Positions 38,323 to 52,507 are shown, counted from the first letter of the whole stretch. The stretch is DNA of 63,509 nucleotides, filler included, from Dicyema japonicum (GCA_011109175.1; 9 parts of 9 records of this genome joined end to end with filler, not necessarily neighbours in it); one strand, 5' to 3'. The notes: generated by a model from the sequence alone, not told the origin. Translations and numbers: made by a program.

Positions 38323-39789
38323 AATAAGCTCGACTTGTGAGTGTCTTAAGACTATTCGTTTAATTTCGAGCGAAAAAATCGATATTGCAAGTAGCGCTCG
38401 CGACATAATATTTTTCATTCCCGAGATTCCATATTAAAAACATCTAAAAATTATATTCCAACAAAGACGTGTAAATCGTTAAAATTTCAGCAACTGATAC
38501 TAACTTTAACTTTTTAACTTTAACAACTTTTAGCAAGGAAAATTAAAAAGAGAGTTATTTGACCTCATGCCGCAAAGTCCTGCAAACGCTTGGATTCTTC
38601 TTTTGCTCTCAGACCCCTCTTATCGTTTATTCTGTGCTGCAACATATTAGTCAATTATGGCATCTCTTTTTAGGTAGTTTTCCATCCATATCGACATTAC
38701 TAGCAAATTTCATCTTCATCTAGCTTTTCGTAGAGCCTTCTGTGTAGGGCAATCTTGATTTCTGCTCTCCTCGATTTTTTCAAAAAGCAAGATAAAACGC
38801 TTTTTTTTAAAAAAGACATGGTTTTTGAATGCATGAAATACATGGGGTAATGATAACTGGCAAACAACCTGACTTAGAAGGATTTGAGATCACTTTTAAG
38901 AAATTTCCATAAAGAAGGCGAAATTTACAATATGGGCGTGACAGGGTTTTATTATAAACTGACTCCGTTCAAGAGTTATAAACTGATTATTTATTTAAAT
39001 TCCCGCTCTCCCACATAATTAATAAACAATATTTTATTGTTATAAAGTTAAATTTTTGAGTTAAAAAAAAATCCCAAATTGTCCAAAAATAGTTCAGGAA
39101 CAATTTTGGGCCATACTGTACTTTACTGTAAGCTAATGACATCGATTTTGTGTCTGAGGATGTGGAGGTACTAAAAACTGTAGTAGATAAACCCACAACA
39201 GTTCTGGAGAGGTGGTCTTTGAAGATCAATTCAGAAAAAACGGAGTTAATTTCGCTTCAGCGGTTACCAACACGGATTGATGAAAAATGGAGGTTTACTA
39301 AAAGGCTCGGCTCGTTTTTGGTAATTCTGAGGACATTGCTCGCAGAAAGATGTTGGCATCGTGTGCACTGAAAAAGATTTGGAGTATTTGGACTCGCAGA
39401 AAACTTATCTCTTTAAATCTTCGGATATAACGCGTTCATACAACCAGTCCTATTATATAACTCGGGAACACGGGGAACATCAAAAACGGACCTTGAAAGA
39501 CTAGACACATTTCATAGATATCAATTGAGAAAAATTGCGGGAATCAAATGGTCATAGATTATCAAAAACGAAAATATTCGTTCCTCGTGGATTATTAAAA
39601 TTATACAATGAAAACTCGATCAGAACACTAAATCAGTAGAGAAAGGAAACGCCTAAAAAGGACGTACTTTCCTTTCCCGGACAGAAAAATCAAAAAGGAT
39701 TAGAAGAGCTGAAGCCAACAAATGGACAAACGGTCTAAAGATCAATCAAACAATTTCCACCATAAGGAAATTTCAACACAACAGAGTCA

Positions 39790-41420
39790 ACTAGTTAGGT
39801 GATCCCAGTTCCCAGGGCTCTTCTATATGATAGCTGTAAGACTTTCCATTTTTGAAGACCATTTGTTAACACCTCCGTGTGACTGGAGAACGTCATAAGA
39901 GACTCGAAACTCACTCCAAGGAACTTCTGAATTCGCGTATAATGGATGGGAATGTTTCCGAGGAATATCTCAAGTCCACATTTAAATCTTCTGTCCGTAG
40001 TAAATAGAGTGAACTGGGACTTAGATGCAGACACAGACAGCAAATTCATGGATAGTCAGTCACACACCTGGTTGAGGTGTAACTGAGGGAGGTTTGTCCC
40101 TTGCAGCGACAATCAGGTCGTCCGCGTAAGATAAAACATGGTGTCCTGATCATTGATAGTAGGTAAATCGTGTAGAATAAGTTAAATAAGAGAGGAGACA
40201 GAAGAAAGCCTCGTAGGATTCCATTAGGGAGTAGTCTTGATTTTGAAGTAATTTTTCCAATCCGGACTCTTCCACGTCGACCATTTAAGATATTTTCCAG
40301 CCGTAGCATGATGCTTGAATGTAAATTTGAGTTAAAGATCTTCTTTGTTAGGAAACAGAGTCGAAGGCTTTTTGTATATCTATACACAAGAGCCGTCCGT
40401 AAGTGTGTCTTCATGATGAAGCCGTCTGTGATGAACTGGGAGACAGATCTCAAATGCGTCGTTGTAGAACGGCCTGATCTGAAGCCATGTTGAAAAATCA
40501 AGAAATTATAGAACAGGAGAAATAACATTAGTACAAGTTATGAAGACAGGGGGGGGTAAAAAGATGGCTTTTGATTTTCAATGCTTGAGGATTAGAGTAA
40601 TCAATGAGTTTTTCCTAGGTATTGTTTGAGAATTTATAGAATGGTTGTATAGTCTTGGTAACATAATATAAACCTGAGGTCCTAGGTGTTTAAGGTGAAT
40701 AGCACACAGGCTCGGGTTGGTCGTAAAAATCAATAGTTCTTTCCACATCGTAGGGAGTGAAGAATGTAGTATTTGTCATCAGTTGTGGACCACATCGTTT
40801 GACATGTAGAGAACGAGAGAAATCCTTATGGCTGATCGACAAATAGTATTTCATGAGGTTATTAGCGAGTTTCTGTGGATGTTCCGGGACAAGGGTAACG
40901 GTTTCCACTCCTCCGCCATCTTCCAAACAAGTTCTTGTGGCATAGTCGACCAACAAGCTGGCTCCACTTTTGTCTATGTTTATCACTGATTAGTTGGGAA
41001 ATTCTGCGATGTAGAGAGCGTATAGAGCCATCTGATTTTATTCCGGTTTTCTTCAAAGCATCCCGTTTCATGATAAGTTCAATGATGCGCAAAGATAGTT
41101 TCGGATTAAATTTTCTGTAAGAGGATAATAAAATGAACATTCTGTCTGCTTTTCGAATAACTGAAATTAACAAGGAAGTCTGCCACAGCGAGGCCCGATA
41201 GACAACTATCTACATACGTGTTAATTCCAAACCAATTTGCCTTCGAATAGTTCTTGAACTTTGTAGAACATCTCGGAAGACAAATAGTTGAGTTTCTACA
41301 CAATTAAGTTATGGTCGCTTGTAAAACCATAACGAACATCCCATGATAGATATGAGCAAGAGAGGGAGTGCACAATGACAAGTCCGGGTAAGTTGGGCTG
41401 TCCCCTCTTCGAGGACTCGG
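39790..41420 (-). mobile_element. Degenerate I/Jockey-like LINE ORF2
   Basis: KNYSKANW, FQHGFRSGRSTTTHL, LSPLLFNLF, KFLGVSFESLMTFSSH. Confidence 0.75.
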
Positions 41421-41721
41421 ATAGATGGATGTTAATTATATGAGGGACTTCGGATAGATGGATATTTAGTTTAAATAATTATAATAAGTTTATAACTTTT
41501 AATTTAAAAAATATATATTGGCGCTTTATTAAAACCAATCCTGTGGTGTGTTCTTGTATATTTAAATGTGTTAGATGACCGAAACATACAGAAAAGAAAT
41601 TATTAAGATATTTGACGATTGNNNNNNNNNNNNNNNNNNNNNNNNNNNNNNNNNNNNNNNNNNNNTTAATTAATTAANNNNNNNNNNNNNNNNNNNNNNN
41701 NNNNNNNNNNNNNNNNNNNNN

Positions 41722-42768
41722 TCACAAAGTTTCGAGAACTGTCGCAATGGCCTCATTTTGATGTAATTAATTATTTTTACAACCATGTCCAAAGCACATT
41801 TAAGTTCATGCCAATAGTTTTTGCGACCAATGCCTCGCGATGAAGAAAACAATGCGTGTGATTAATGTTCGGATTCTTATTTTTCGCAAATAGAAACAAA
41901 GCCTTTAAATTGCCTAGTCATCGCTGGAGCACCATCAGTGCAGATACCCACACATGCATTCCAAATTATATCCTCAAAATATGAATTTATAAGATTCAAA
42001 ATGTCATTTCCTTTTGTTGTTCCGAGCAACTCTTTGCAGCATCAATGGATTCATCAGTCACATCGAACGAAAACAAAAAGTTGCATTCTTCCTGTAATAT
42101 CTGAGCTATCATCCACTTGAAGCGTAAAAAACACAGATTTTTTATTCGCCGAACCAAATGGTTTCACTGTCATCAGACATATCCTTGATGCTTCTGCTCA
42201 CAGAATATTTATAAATAGGAATTACGTCGAGCTCAGCGGCAGCAATTTCTCCGAACATTATCTTCACTACTTTTTTGCATGCAGGCAAAATAACAGTTTC
42301 GGCGAGAGTAGGCGATTTCATATTTTTAGCGGCAATCTCAGCAACAGCATAGCCAACATGCATTGCTTTTTCGTTTATTTTGAATTTTTTTGTAAAACGG
42401 GAAGCTTGAACTTTATTCTGGTCCAATTTCCGTATAAAATATTCTTTTTTTCTTTGAAAGTTCAGGGTGCTTGGTGGAGAAATGACGGTTAAGTTTCGTT
42501 GGAGCCATACCACTATTCGCAAGTTTTTCACTGCAAACAAAAAAAAATGGTAGAAGACAATCCATGACCCAATTCATGTGAAACCAAAGGCAATATAACT
42601 TTCTCGATACGATTGAACTTTAAGATATGCACTGTCACAAGACTCCATTTACAAACGCGCAAATTAATTAATTCGTTTTGAAAAATTATTCTTTTGAAAA
42701 AGGAAAAAATTTTTTTGAACTTCGCGAACCTTTAGAATATTTCGCGGAACCCAGGTTGGGAAACCCTG
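41722..42768 (-). mobile_element. hAT (Charlie/Buster-like) transposase pseudogene with left TIR
   Basis: The reverse complement begins CAGGGTTTCCCAACCTGGGTTCCGCG. Translation has YAVAEIAAKNMKSPTLAETVILPAC, SVSRSIKDMSDD, FTLQVD, GICTDGAPAMT and VVKIINYIKMRPL. Confidence 0.85.
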
Positions 42769-43369
42769 ACATAGAGTATACAATATCTTCCATTCGTTCT
42801 CTGAAGAAGGCCAATGATTCAGCAATCATGTTGTGGTTATCGCTTTACATTTATTGTGTTAACCTCAAGACCAATCTTAGTTACCCCTCAGTATGGTTAA
42901 AGAAGGAGTGTTAACATGAATCAATAAGTCTGCAGTGGAAACCTATCCATTGTGGTAATTGGGTGACATCTCCCTAGTGCTGTTTGTATCACAGATAACC
43001 TATAAGGAATTGATGGACAAACCACCCAGTAAATTGAGGGAGCAGATTGCTTATAGACAGAATAGCTGGAAGCACTGGAAGAGCAAATAAGTATTGTAGC
43101 TAGAGAATGATAGAAAAAACACCTTCTATAGTAAGAGGGTTACTTAGTAAACGCTGGCACCCAAATGGGACCTCAAAGAGTTGACAAGGGAAAAGGCGGA
43201 GTTAGAGTAGGCAATAATGGTGTATATAAGAAACTATAATGTGAAAGTCGGTGTAAGATAAGGAGAGAGAATAACTTGTTTGAATTTTATCACAGATTAT
43301 TTTACCCCCTCCTACACGAAAATGACCGAAGTGCGTGTTCCCAATAGGACGCCATGAGGGAGTTCTTTG

Positions 43370-43720
43370 AGAGTGTAGGGCTATGTTATGTTGTCGAATT
43401 AAGTCACGTCGACCCTTGGAGATCTCATGAACGAGTTTCCTCCACTTTCCCCGATCCGTTGCAATTTGTAGTAGCCTTAATATAGGCATTTCCGTGACGT
43501 CTTCTACCGTGGATGCCACCGAGTCCTCGGTCGGCCAGGTCTTCTCTTCCAAGTAATATTGCTCAGCATAATGGTTCTTTCCAGGGAATCAGAGCGGACA
43601 ACATGCTCAAAGAATGCCAATCTGTGTTTTACAATTCTTCCTTCTAGCTATATGTCCATCTCCACCCGTTTGAGTACATCGATGTTTGTTATAGTGTAGG
43701 GCTAGATTTTGACTATTCAA
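43370..43720 (-). mobile_element. RTE LINE 3' end fragment
   Basis: RLAFFEHVVR...LQIATDRGKWRKLVHEISKGR. Confidence 0.65.
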
Positions 43721-45959
43721 AGTCTGTGACTTACACGCAAGTATGTGGCAAGTTAGTAAGAGTCATAAGTGAACAAGAAGGATATAATTATTTGAGGTTT
43801 TTCCGAAACCGATACCCTTTTCATTCCTGAGACAAAGCGACAAATTATTGGAGGCATTCGTAGAAGAGATGTTATGCAAGACTTTTCTAAATTAATTTGT
43901 TCTTAACATTAAATGAGTAAGCTATCTCGTTGCTAAAATACTACATAGATTTTGTTGAGTTTGATCCTAAAGAGCATGAGATTAATGTTATGATCAGTTT
44001 TATTTTTGATGTGGTTCACCTTGTTGAGAAAATTAAATTACAGTTTCAATCTGGGAACTCAGATCCTAAGTTTAATTTGAACAATTTGTCATAAGTGAAA
44101 AAAAATTCCACACTCGAACAGCTATCATAGCTGGACACTCCAATGCTTATCTAGACCTCTATGTTCTCCATCGCTATCTTGGACGATATCCTGGAAAGTT
44201 GTATATGACCTCCACTCATAACTCGATTCATCTTTCAATCGATCTGCTCTCGCCTATTGTTAGCCACCGGAAAACCATAAATTACCTGCAAATTGCTATC
44301 AGATTTTTCCATAGAGAATTTCAATTCGCTTAATGCCGTTTTATTCAAGGACATCAGGAATGTCATTAATGGAAGCAATCGTGCCCAATCATAATAGTGA
44401 AATTACAATTAATCAACAAGAGTAAATTGGAACTGTAGAATAATTAGCACCGGACAAAACCTGAGGTTTCTGGGGGACATTACGTCTTATTCAGTCGAGA
44501 AAAAATAGAATGTACACATCCCACGCGTCCGGTATTGACAAGAATCAAACAAAACGTGATTTCGCTCATCAGGCAGATATCATAATGGACCACTATTCAA
44601 AGTGAGTCACATCAACATGAACAAATTCTCTGGTCCATATAAACCTGTATTCTTCATTTTGGAAAAAAAAAGTTTTTGCGTTTTGACAAGGTTTTCGACG
44701 AGGAATCTGAATTCTGCATTTAAAGCAGCTGGGAATGCAGGAACTTAACAAACATCATTTCTGTCTCTATCAACAATTGCCGAATGCCTGTACTTTGGGA
44801 AATCCAAAATAAGCCCAAAAAAGATCCTTCGGATCCAGAATCTTTCAAACCGATTTCATTTGAAGTGCCGAAAATTGTTGAATGTTTCGTACTAAAACTA
44901 ACATCGAAATATCTTCCCAGATTCTCAACATGGTTTTCGTCCACAATATTCAGCATCAAAGAATCTACCCTACTCTGCATATCGATGATAGTTTCAATAA
45001 CTATAATCCTTCCCAACGGACTATGCTTGCATCGATTGACCTAACCAACGCATTTGACGAAACATCAAGGCGGGTTCTAAGTAACAAAATTCTTGCATCT
45101 CGAATTCCTACACGTCTTCTGAATTGGCTGACGAATTTTCTCTCTAAAAGAATTGGTCAAACTGAAATTGTGTCCTGTTTATCCCACTACCGATTACTTC
45201 CAAATGGAGTCCCCTGGGGTGGACAATCTTAAGTTGAAGTTGTCGAGGAGTTTTGTTAAGCATGTAAAAGTTAGACAATCACGGTGGGGCTAAAATCACA
45301 AAACTTAGTACTCATCAACGGAGGGTTAACTCTGTAATGGGTGGACGACAGAGTTTGGAAATAAACTGGCAGGTTAACCATATTAGGCCTCCTCTCCTTG
45401 AGAAAGTAAGCCTCAGGACAGATTGTGAACTTCTCGGGGACTTTAAAAATCGTCTAATTAATGTTATTATTATACCTTTAATTTTATGTTTTTTTTAGTT
45501 TTTTCAAATTGTTTGAATTTAGTGTCATTATTATTTAATTGGCGGTCAACCTGTTTTACATTAAATTTGGCGGATTCTTTCGTTTCATAAAGTATGCGTT
45601 TAATGTATTTCAGTCGACTCGACCTAATGGACACAAACTTTCACTTCCTAGCAGAATATGGAACTGACGAGTCTTTACAAAATTTGTATAATTTTGCGTT
45701 AGTGATTTTCATAGTGTATATTCAGCTCCTTTCGGAGCACGTCTCGTCGGATGTCCTCTCTGCACAGCTGAATGATGTAAACTCCGCTTTGTCAGTGTTT
45801 AGTGTTGCAATCGTGAAAGGCAGCGCAAAGTTGATAATGTCCGCGAGGTCCACTTTCGATGGATGGACGTGTTAATTAATTATTTATCTGTTTAAATTAT
45901 TATTATTAGCACTTTCGAAGAACCAAAAATGTAATTTATTTAATCAAGGTTCCGCTTGT

Positions 45960-46510
45960 GCAGTTTTTCTTCAGGTTATTCTTTCTCCCACAATTCTCTT
46001 AACTAACTTCCTCCATGCTCCACGGTTACTGGCAGTTATTCTGAGCGTATCCAGATCATCTCCTGTTTTCAGCTTTCGTCTTACATTGGTCAGGTCCTTG
46101 TGTAGAACCTCTGGCAAAGTTATGCGAAGTCTTCCACGGAACGAGGTATTCACTTCTGGGCAGAAATAGTTCTCCATTGTATTTTAGCAGGCGTCATCTG
46201 GCTCATCCGAAGGATGTGACCAAACAGACGCCATCTTGATTCAGGATATCCAGACTCATTGGTCTTGTATTACATACTTTGCATAGATTCTTGTTTGTAA
46301 TTTTTTTGGCCAGTTGATGCCAAGAACAGTCGGAGTTGTTTACGATGGAAGGCATCTAGCTTGTCCATTACTGCTTGTGAGACTCCCCTGGTTGCAGCGT
46401 TGTACATTAGGACCGGTTTCACGAAGGCATTGTATAGTCTTACTCGTAGTTGTGTGCTAATTTGTTTACGATGATTCCAGTTACTCCCATTTTTCTAAAA
46501 ACCGCGACGG
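45960..46510 (-). mobile_element. RTE LINE 3' fragment; related pieces at 30340-30643 (+), 39120-39580 (+) and 49470-50230 (-)
   Basis: RLYNAFVKPVLMYNA, RWRLFGHILR, FRGRLRITLPEVLHKDL...ASNRGAWRKLV. Confidence 0.8.
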
Positions 46511-48696
46511 CCCGGTTTTTGTAGTGCAATTAGTGTGTCATTACCCGGAGTGCGGAAAAAAGTCAAGTCCGTAAGGGGAAAAAAAGTCAATTCGTCTTTT
46601 TTTAGTTTATATCGTATTTTTATAGCATTAATATCATCTTTTAATTTTTAACATTTTTTTCCACACTTGACTTTTTTTCCATTTGACTTTTATCAATTAT
46701 CTTAAATTTTCCCTTATAAATTTTCGAAATTTAGCGCAAAACGGAAAAAAAGTCGCTTTGGTACAATCGCTTTGACTAAATCAATTTAAGAATTTCAAGG
46801 TAATAATAAAATTGACTTGACTTTTTTCGCTTTGGTTTAATCTTTTTGACTTAATCAATATACGGATTTCAAGGTTGTAATCAAGCGTATCTTAAATATT
46901 ATGCTTGCCGCAAAAATAAGAGACAAAATGGAGATATCAACTAACAAGGAGGAAAGAAAATTTGTTTTAAGGGTTATATGTATACAAAGCACTCGGTGAC
47001 CAAAAAACTATGTAGTAATTCCATAGTACACATTTGCTGTCAATAATTTTTTACCAAATGGGGTCCTACATGGATCCCGACTGTCACCCATTCTCTTCAA
47101 CCTCTTTATGAGCGATATGACTTTCCATAGCAGTAACAAAACTCTGATCCTCGCTTATTCTGACGAAATAATCTTGGCAACAAGAGACCAGTATATTCAC
47201 ACAGCGGGTACCCGCTTACAAGATTTACTGGACAACCTGAGCTGTTGGATTATGAGGAACCTATTAGACACAAGTCTTGAAAACTCTAACACAATGACTT
47301 TTACTTCAAACAGAAAACTTAAAAACTCGGCACCTATTTTTACACTTAATGGAATGTCAATCCTTTCTGCTAACTCTATCAAAATACTGGGAATCATATA
47401 AGACCTCCTTATGACTTTCAGAAAACATGCCAGCAACGTCATTTCTTCCCAACGAAAATTAAATTTTGTAAAATCACTTCTCGGATACTACAAAGGCTGT
47501 TTCTACACAACAAGCCACCTTTATACGCTATACATTCAACTGACAATCAGCTACTGCTGTGCGGCATGGGGAACAAACCAATACGAACCTAAAGAAGATC
47601 AATGTCTTCCAAGAAACAGTCACGAGGGCCCTACAAAGGTTCTCCTCGTCAATAATGCCAACTCCGTTCGAGGAACTTTTGAGGAAAACGTAAGACCAAT
47701 TGAAATCTCCAAAATTCCGAAAAGTGTCTCATTCATACTGGAATTGCGTAAGTTCTCGGGTGGAACACCGAGAAAGGATGAGACGACTGCTTAAGGAGAC
47801 CGAGATCACCTGACTGCCATTCATTCCCGGTGATTCTTGGTTTTAAATAAATAAATGGGAGAGCCGACGCACAACTCTAAGATCAGAAACCTTGGAGATG
47901 TTGCCAAATATTTAACTTTACATTAGTCAAGCCTTTGGGAAGTACAATTTTTTTTAAAACTGCAAAAATTAAATTCGAAGGAGAATTTGATGTTGCAAAA
48001 TTCACTTCACTTTTTAATCCAGAAATTTCAAAACAATAAGAAAAGCCCAGTAACTTTGAGTTTTTTATAAACCATGAAGGGGGCATTCTATGGACATTTT
48101 TAGTTTGTTTGTGTTATTGCCGAGCTCTGTATTGACTGGAAACTTTTCTGTGACTTTTCTTCAAGAAATATGTCAGGAAAATACGACCGAAAATGGAAAG
48201 CAATGAACTCCGAAAACCCTAGCGACAAACAGATCGCTGAATACTACATTTACCATTATTTCCCTAAGTCATATTACTCAAATCTTAAATTATATCAATA
48301 ACCTCACTGCGGACTATATTACAGTCAGACCTCGATTCGGAGAAAACCTCACCTTGGTTTTTGGAACACCCCCAGATTTTTGAACGCTTGGTAGGATTTA
48401 GTAGAAATGGAAAAGACCAAAAACGTCGACGTGGAACAAAATTAATTATAACTTATTTAATGGTTTAATTTAAAAAAATTTCACTTTGACTTGGCATTCT
48501 TAAGATGAGTCTAAAATACCAGAAAAACTGCCAGGCCGTTGCATGCCAAATAACACTCTAAACTGTCTTCTATGTAACGCATCGAGAGCCATCGATTCCA
48601 CAATCGAACAGGCCCAAGTACCAGCATTATATGTTAGTATTCACAAATGCATTAATCATGCACATCCGTAGATTATAATTTAAATAAATTATATTA

Positions 48697-49063
48697 ATGC
48701 TAAGAACAGGAATGCTGTTTGTGATCTTAATGAGCAGATGATCAAAATTCAAACCAAGAACAGCGGCTATTTCGTCGAATGGATCCTCAAAAACGTCAAG
48801 ACTGTTGTTTTTGATATTACCCTTCGTGGATTGATAATATCTGCGACTTTTTTTGGAAACTCTACGGCCATCCAGGAACTTTTCAAGCGTTTATCAAAGC
48901 AATTTATTTTATGTCCAGAAGAAAAGCTTTCCTTCAATGGTACACTGGCGAAGGAATGGATGAAATAAAGTTTACTGAAACTGAGTCTAACGTGAACGAT
49001 TTGGTCGCCGAATACCAGCAACACCACGAGGCCGCCGATGAAGGAGGCGACATGAATTTGTAA
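48697..49063 (+). pseudogene. TUBB: Beta-tubulin 3' pseudogene fragment (intronless, internal deletion, frameshift)
   Basis: AKNRNAVCD-(deletion)[25 protein letters not shown]...[17 protein letters not shown], then after a frameshift [35 protein letters not shown]. Confidence 0.9.
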
Positions 49064-50384
49064 AAAGCGAATTGTGGGCGGTAATTCAATAATTATTTTC
49101 TCACTAGTTCTTTCATTGGTTTAATTTTTTCTTGTTTATAGGAATTTATTAATAAACACAATAACAACTACTGGCTGCTCTCAGAATGGAGAACGCATTT
49201 CCCCTGAGGAAATACTCTCAGAGTCAGCTACTTTCCTTTTTTTCTTGGCAATAAGTTTATTATTGGAACTTAATTAAATTTAAAATAGAGTAACTGGAGA
49301 CTCAAATCACACATCAATTTACACAAATTTCTTACGTACATCTACAGCTGATCTTCGCTGTCATCGTTAGATGCAATTATATTAGCATGAACCATTTATT
49401 ATGAGCAACATGCGTAAAATCATAATAATTTCACTCGTACAGCATTCGAAATAATCCTCCAAAACTTCTTTCTACCTCCTCGATCGTAAGACAGTTTCCT
49501 CAACTCGTCCAGATCGTCTCCACTTCTTAGATTTTTGTTCACAAGCTTTAGATCTCTGTCAAGTGTTTATACAGGCGACCACGGAAACACGGTCCCTGTC
49601 TCATGAAGTAATCCTCTATTGCTCTGTTTGCTGGAGTACCCAAAGTCCATTCGTAAGAAATGTCCAAATAGCCTCTAACGTATACAACAATTTCGAGACT
49701 CAGTGGACCTGTACAACATCTCTTATATAGTGATTCCTTGTATATTCTTGTTGGTCAGTTCAGTCCTAGTAAGGATCTAAGTTGTCGTCAATGAAAAGAG
49801 ACTAGTCCAAATTGTTCGGTTTTGGACGTCCCTCAGGTCGATGAAATGTATATTAGGATCGGCTTGACAAAGGCTTCATACAGTCTCAAACGAAGTGATG
49901 TGCAGGATCGTCGTTTGCCATCCACTCTTTCTCAACTTGTTCATCGTTACCCAAGCGAGGGCCTTCCTTCTGACAATATCTTGGATACTTCAAGTAAAGA
50001 TCCAAGTTTGTTCGTTTTTCGCCATGTTTCAACTTGATCTGCTTTCCATTCTCCGGATTTCCACAATGTCGGTTTTTGCGGTGTTCATTCCGAAGAACCA
50101 TTTGTTCAGCTCAGCAAGTGCCACCTCGAGGAGTCGAAGTAGGGCCGATTTGTCTTTTGACATAAAGTCGACGTCGTCCTCGTAAGCAATTTCGACGATG
50201 CTGTCATCATAGAAGTTCTGAAGGTCTCGTATAATGCCGCGGGGAACCGCTTGAATAATTATTTGAATAATTATTTAAAGATCTTTTAATAAATATTTTG
50301 ATTTTTAATAAAAAAATTTTTAATTAAAAAAACTACGATCATTTCACTGATTATTTAACCCTCATTTGGCTGATTATTATGCCA

Positions 50385-50690
50385 AGTCGTTTGAAATTTT
50401 CTATTTTTGTCTTTTCCTCCTCTTTTTCCAACTGTGATGTTATCCACCTGTCTCAGGTGGCACCCAGTGCCAAGCTAGTACGAAAAAAGGGTCATTTACT
50501 ATCTCTTACTCAACTGGGGGAGGGGTTCCCACAACTGCAAAAAAGGACGTTTTTTACCTTTTCTGCTGGTTCCTGATGGACTTGTATGACGTTGAAGGAC
50601 TCTGTTTCTATAACAGTGGACTTGGATACACTAAATTAGTTGTTTACTGTTAACTTATTTATCGGTGTATCCGGGGTTAAAAATAAAGTA
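50385..50690 (-). repeat. Dispersed ~300-bp repeat; other copies at 55795-56110 (+) and partly 50960-51105 (+)
   Basis: Shared blocks TTAACCCCGGATACACCGA and TGCAGTTGTGG.AACCCCTCC in the two long copies, and GGCAYTGGG..CACCT..AGGTGGAT in all three. Confidence 0.75.
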
Positions 50691-52189
50691 TGTGGCTACG
50701 TCCATTATGTGAGGACCATTTGACTGATAATTTAAAGTTTAATCGGAAGTACATAAAAAATAAACTCTCCGTGCTGGGTCCAGTATATTGAAGAATATGT
50801 TTATTATCTTGGATGCAGATCACTGACCCTGCTGAACTGTATCGGATTGCCTATGACATAATGAAGAAGGATATTAGAGAAAAGACCAAGGGTAAAACCA
50901 AACTAACTCCTTGATCTTGACGCATTCCAGCGATTCAAGAACTTGTCTCCATGTAATGAAATTTTTTCCCGGTGGAAAAAATAGTTGGAACCTTTTGATG
51001 CCGCCAGGCATTGGGCATCACCTTAGTAAGGTGGATACAATGACGCCATCAGAGGAAAGTAAAATAAATTTGTAACCATCTAACCACGTGGCGCCTCGAG
51101 GATAATGATCTTTTTCAAAATTTATGTGTCATAATATTTACCATCAACCGTCACAGGAATGTCTATTTGGATAAACTTGTCCCTTGTGGGCTTTTGACCT
51201 TGCACCTCCAATTATGGAGAATTGCATTTATTTTAAACAGGTTCGAATGCCCACACCTTATATATGTCTTCCCAACTAAATAAGTGGAACCAGTAACTCA
51301 GACTAAATAACAGCCAAACACGAGAATTTACCAGTCAGCCATTAAAGAAAGTACACAGTAGGCCCATAGAAAAAGACGTGGAGTATCTGGACATGTTGGA
51401 AGCACGTTTCTCTAAATCTGCTAATGCGTTGGTATAACCAAACTACTTTATGACTCAGGGACGTGGGAATGTCAAAATAGGTCTTAACAGACAAAACGTG
51501 GTGACAGTTGACCTATCAACACAAAATACTTAAACCAAAATAAATGAGAGTAGTCTTACTTTTTAAAGCACAAAGATGGCTACTCTATATTGAGACCACT
51601 CTATACAAATTGATGTCATTGTCCTCAATAAACTCTACAGTGTCGATCACAAGAACTAGACACACTTACTAACAAAAACCAAAATTATAAAAAGATTAGT
51701 AATAGATCAAAAAGACAAAAAAGATATGATCTGAACTACTCTTCCAATCTGATTCTCGCTTTATAAGTCTTCACTGTCTCATAAAATGAACTTTTGAAAT
51801 CCAAAATCTTGGATCCTTACTCTCATTGTTATATCTAAATTCAAATCTTTTACTACTTCAAGAAAAATGAGTTAATTTTTGATAGGGGATCTGGCCCTTC
51901 CTGATCATCCATCTGGTAGATGGAGATAATGATCACCGCTTGGAAAATTATCCGATCTGTCAAGGAAAAATTCTAAAGAAATCAAAAATCCTACTATTCT
52001 CTCAACCAGATCCACACACCAAATGATGATGGTAAAGACACCATCAAAGGAGATGAGCTGAGGATGTTTTATCAAATACTCATGGCTGTCACGTGAGCAA
52101 TTAAGCAATCCGAACTTTTCTACTAAATGTTGCATGCTCATTTTTGTCAATCCAAAGGCAAACTATTTTTTAATTCAGTTTTATTTAAT

Positions 52190-52500
52190 AATAAAGCTTT
52201 TTCACGAGAGCCATAGTATTTATAGCTCCACATAGGCAGGACACACTTTTATTTAAGTACAGAACAGTTAATTTTAACTAATCGTAGAACCAAGGAATGA
52301 TCTTCACTTCTTTTTTCTTGTGTGAGTGTCCTTTCTAGACAATCCAGTTCCGCAGTGAGTATCCACTGATGACGGCATCACTCGTCAAGCCCTTTCCGCA
52401 TCGTAGATGCCTGGAACCTTCCAACAGGTGAACAGCAGCGAGATTCGAACCAGTGACCTAAGCCACTTTAGCTCGACACCTAAACACTATGGCACCCGGC
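52190..52500 (-). mobile_element. Near full-length tRNA-derived SINE
   Basis: The reverse complement starts GCCGGGTGCCATAGTGTTTAGG (A-box-like) ... GGTTCGAATC (B-box), then a hairpin-rich body, AATAAA and a (TTA) tail. Confidence 0.75.
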
Positions 52501-52507
52501 TTTATTA

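Noticed and set aside
52335-52395. CTGATGA (plus strand) and TTGACGA...GGAAC...GTC (minus strand) as a hammerhead ribozyme
   Set aside because: No GAAA follows stem II on the plus strand. On the minus strand the core has two substitutions and helix I cannot form in the copies seen.
52430-52500. Functional tRNA gene
   Set aside because: A- and B-box-like motifs are present, but the acceptor and anticodon stems do not close properly and the sequence continues into a repeated SINE body.
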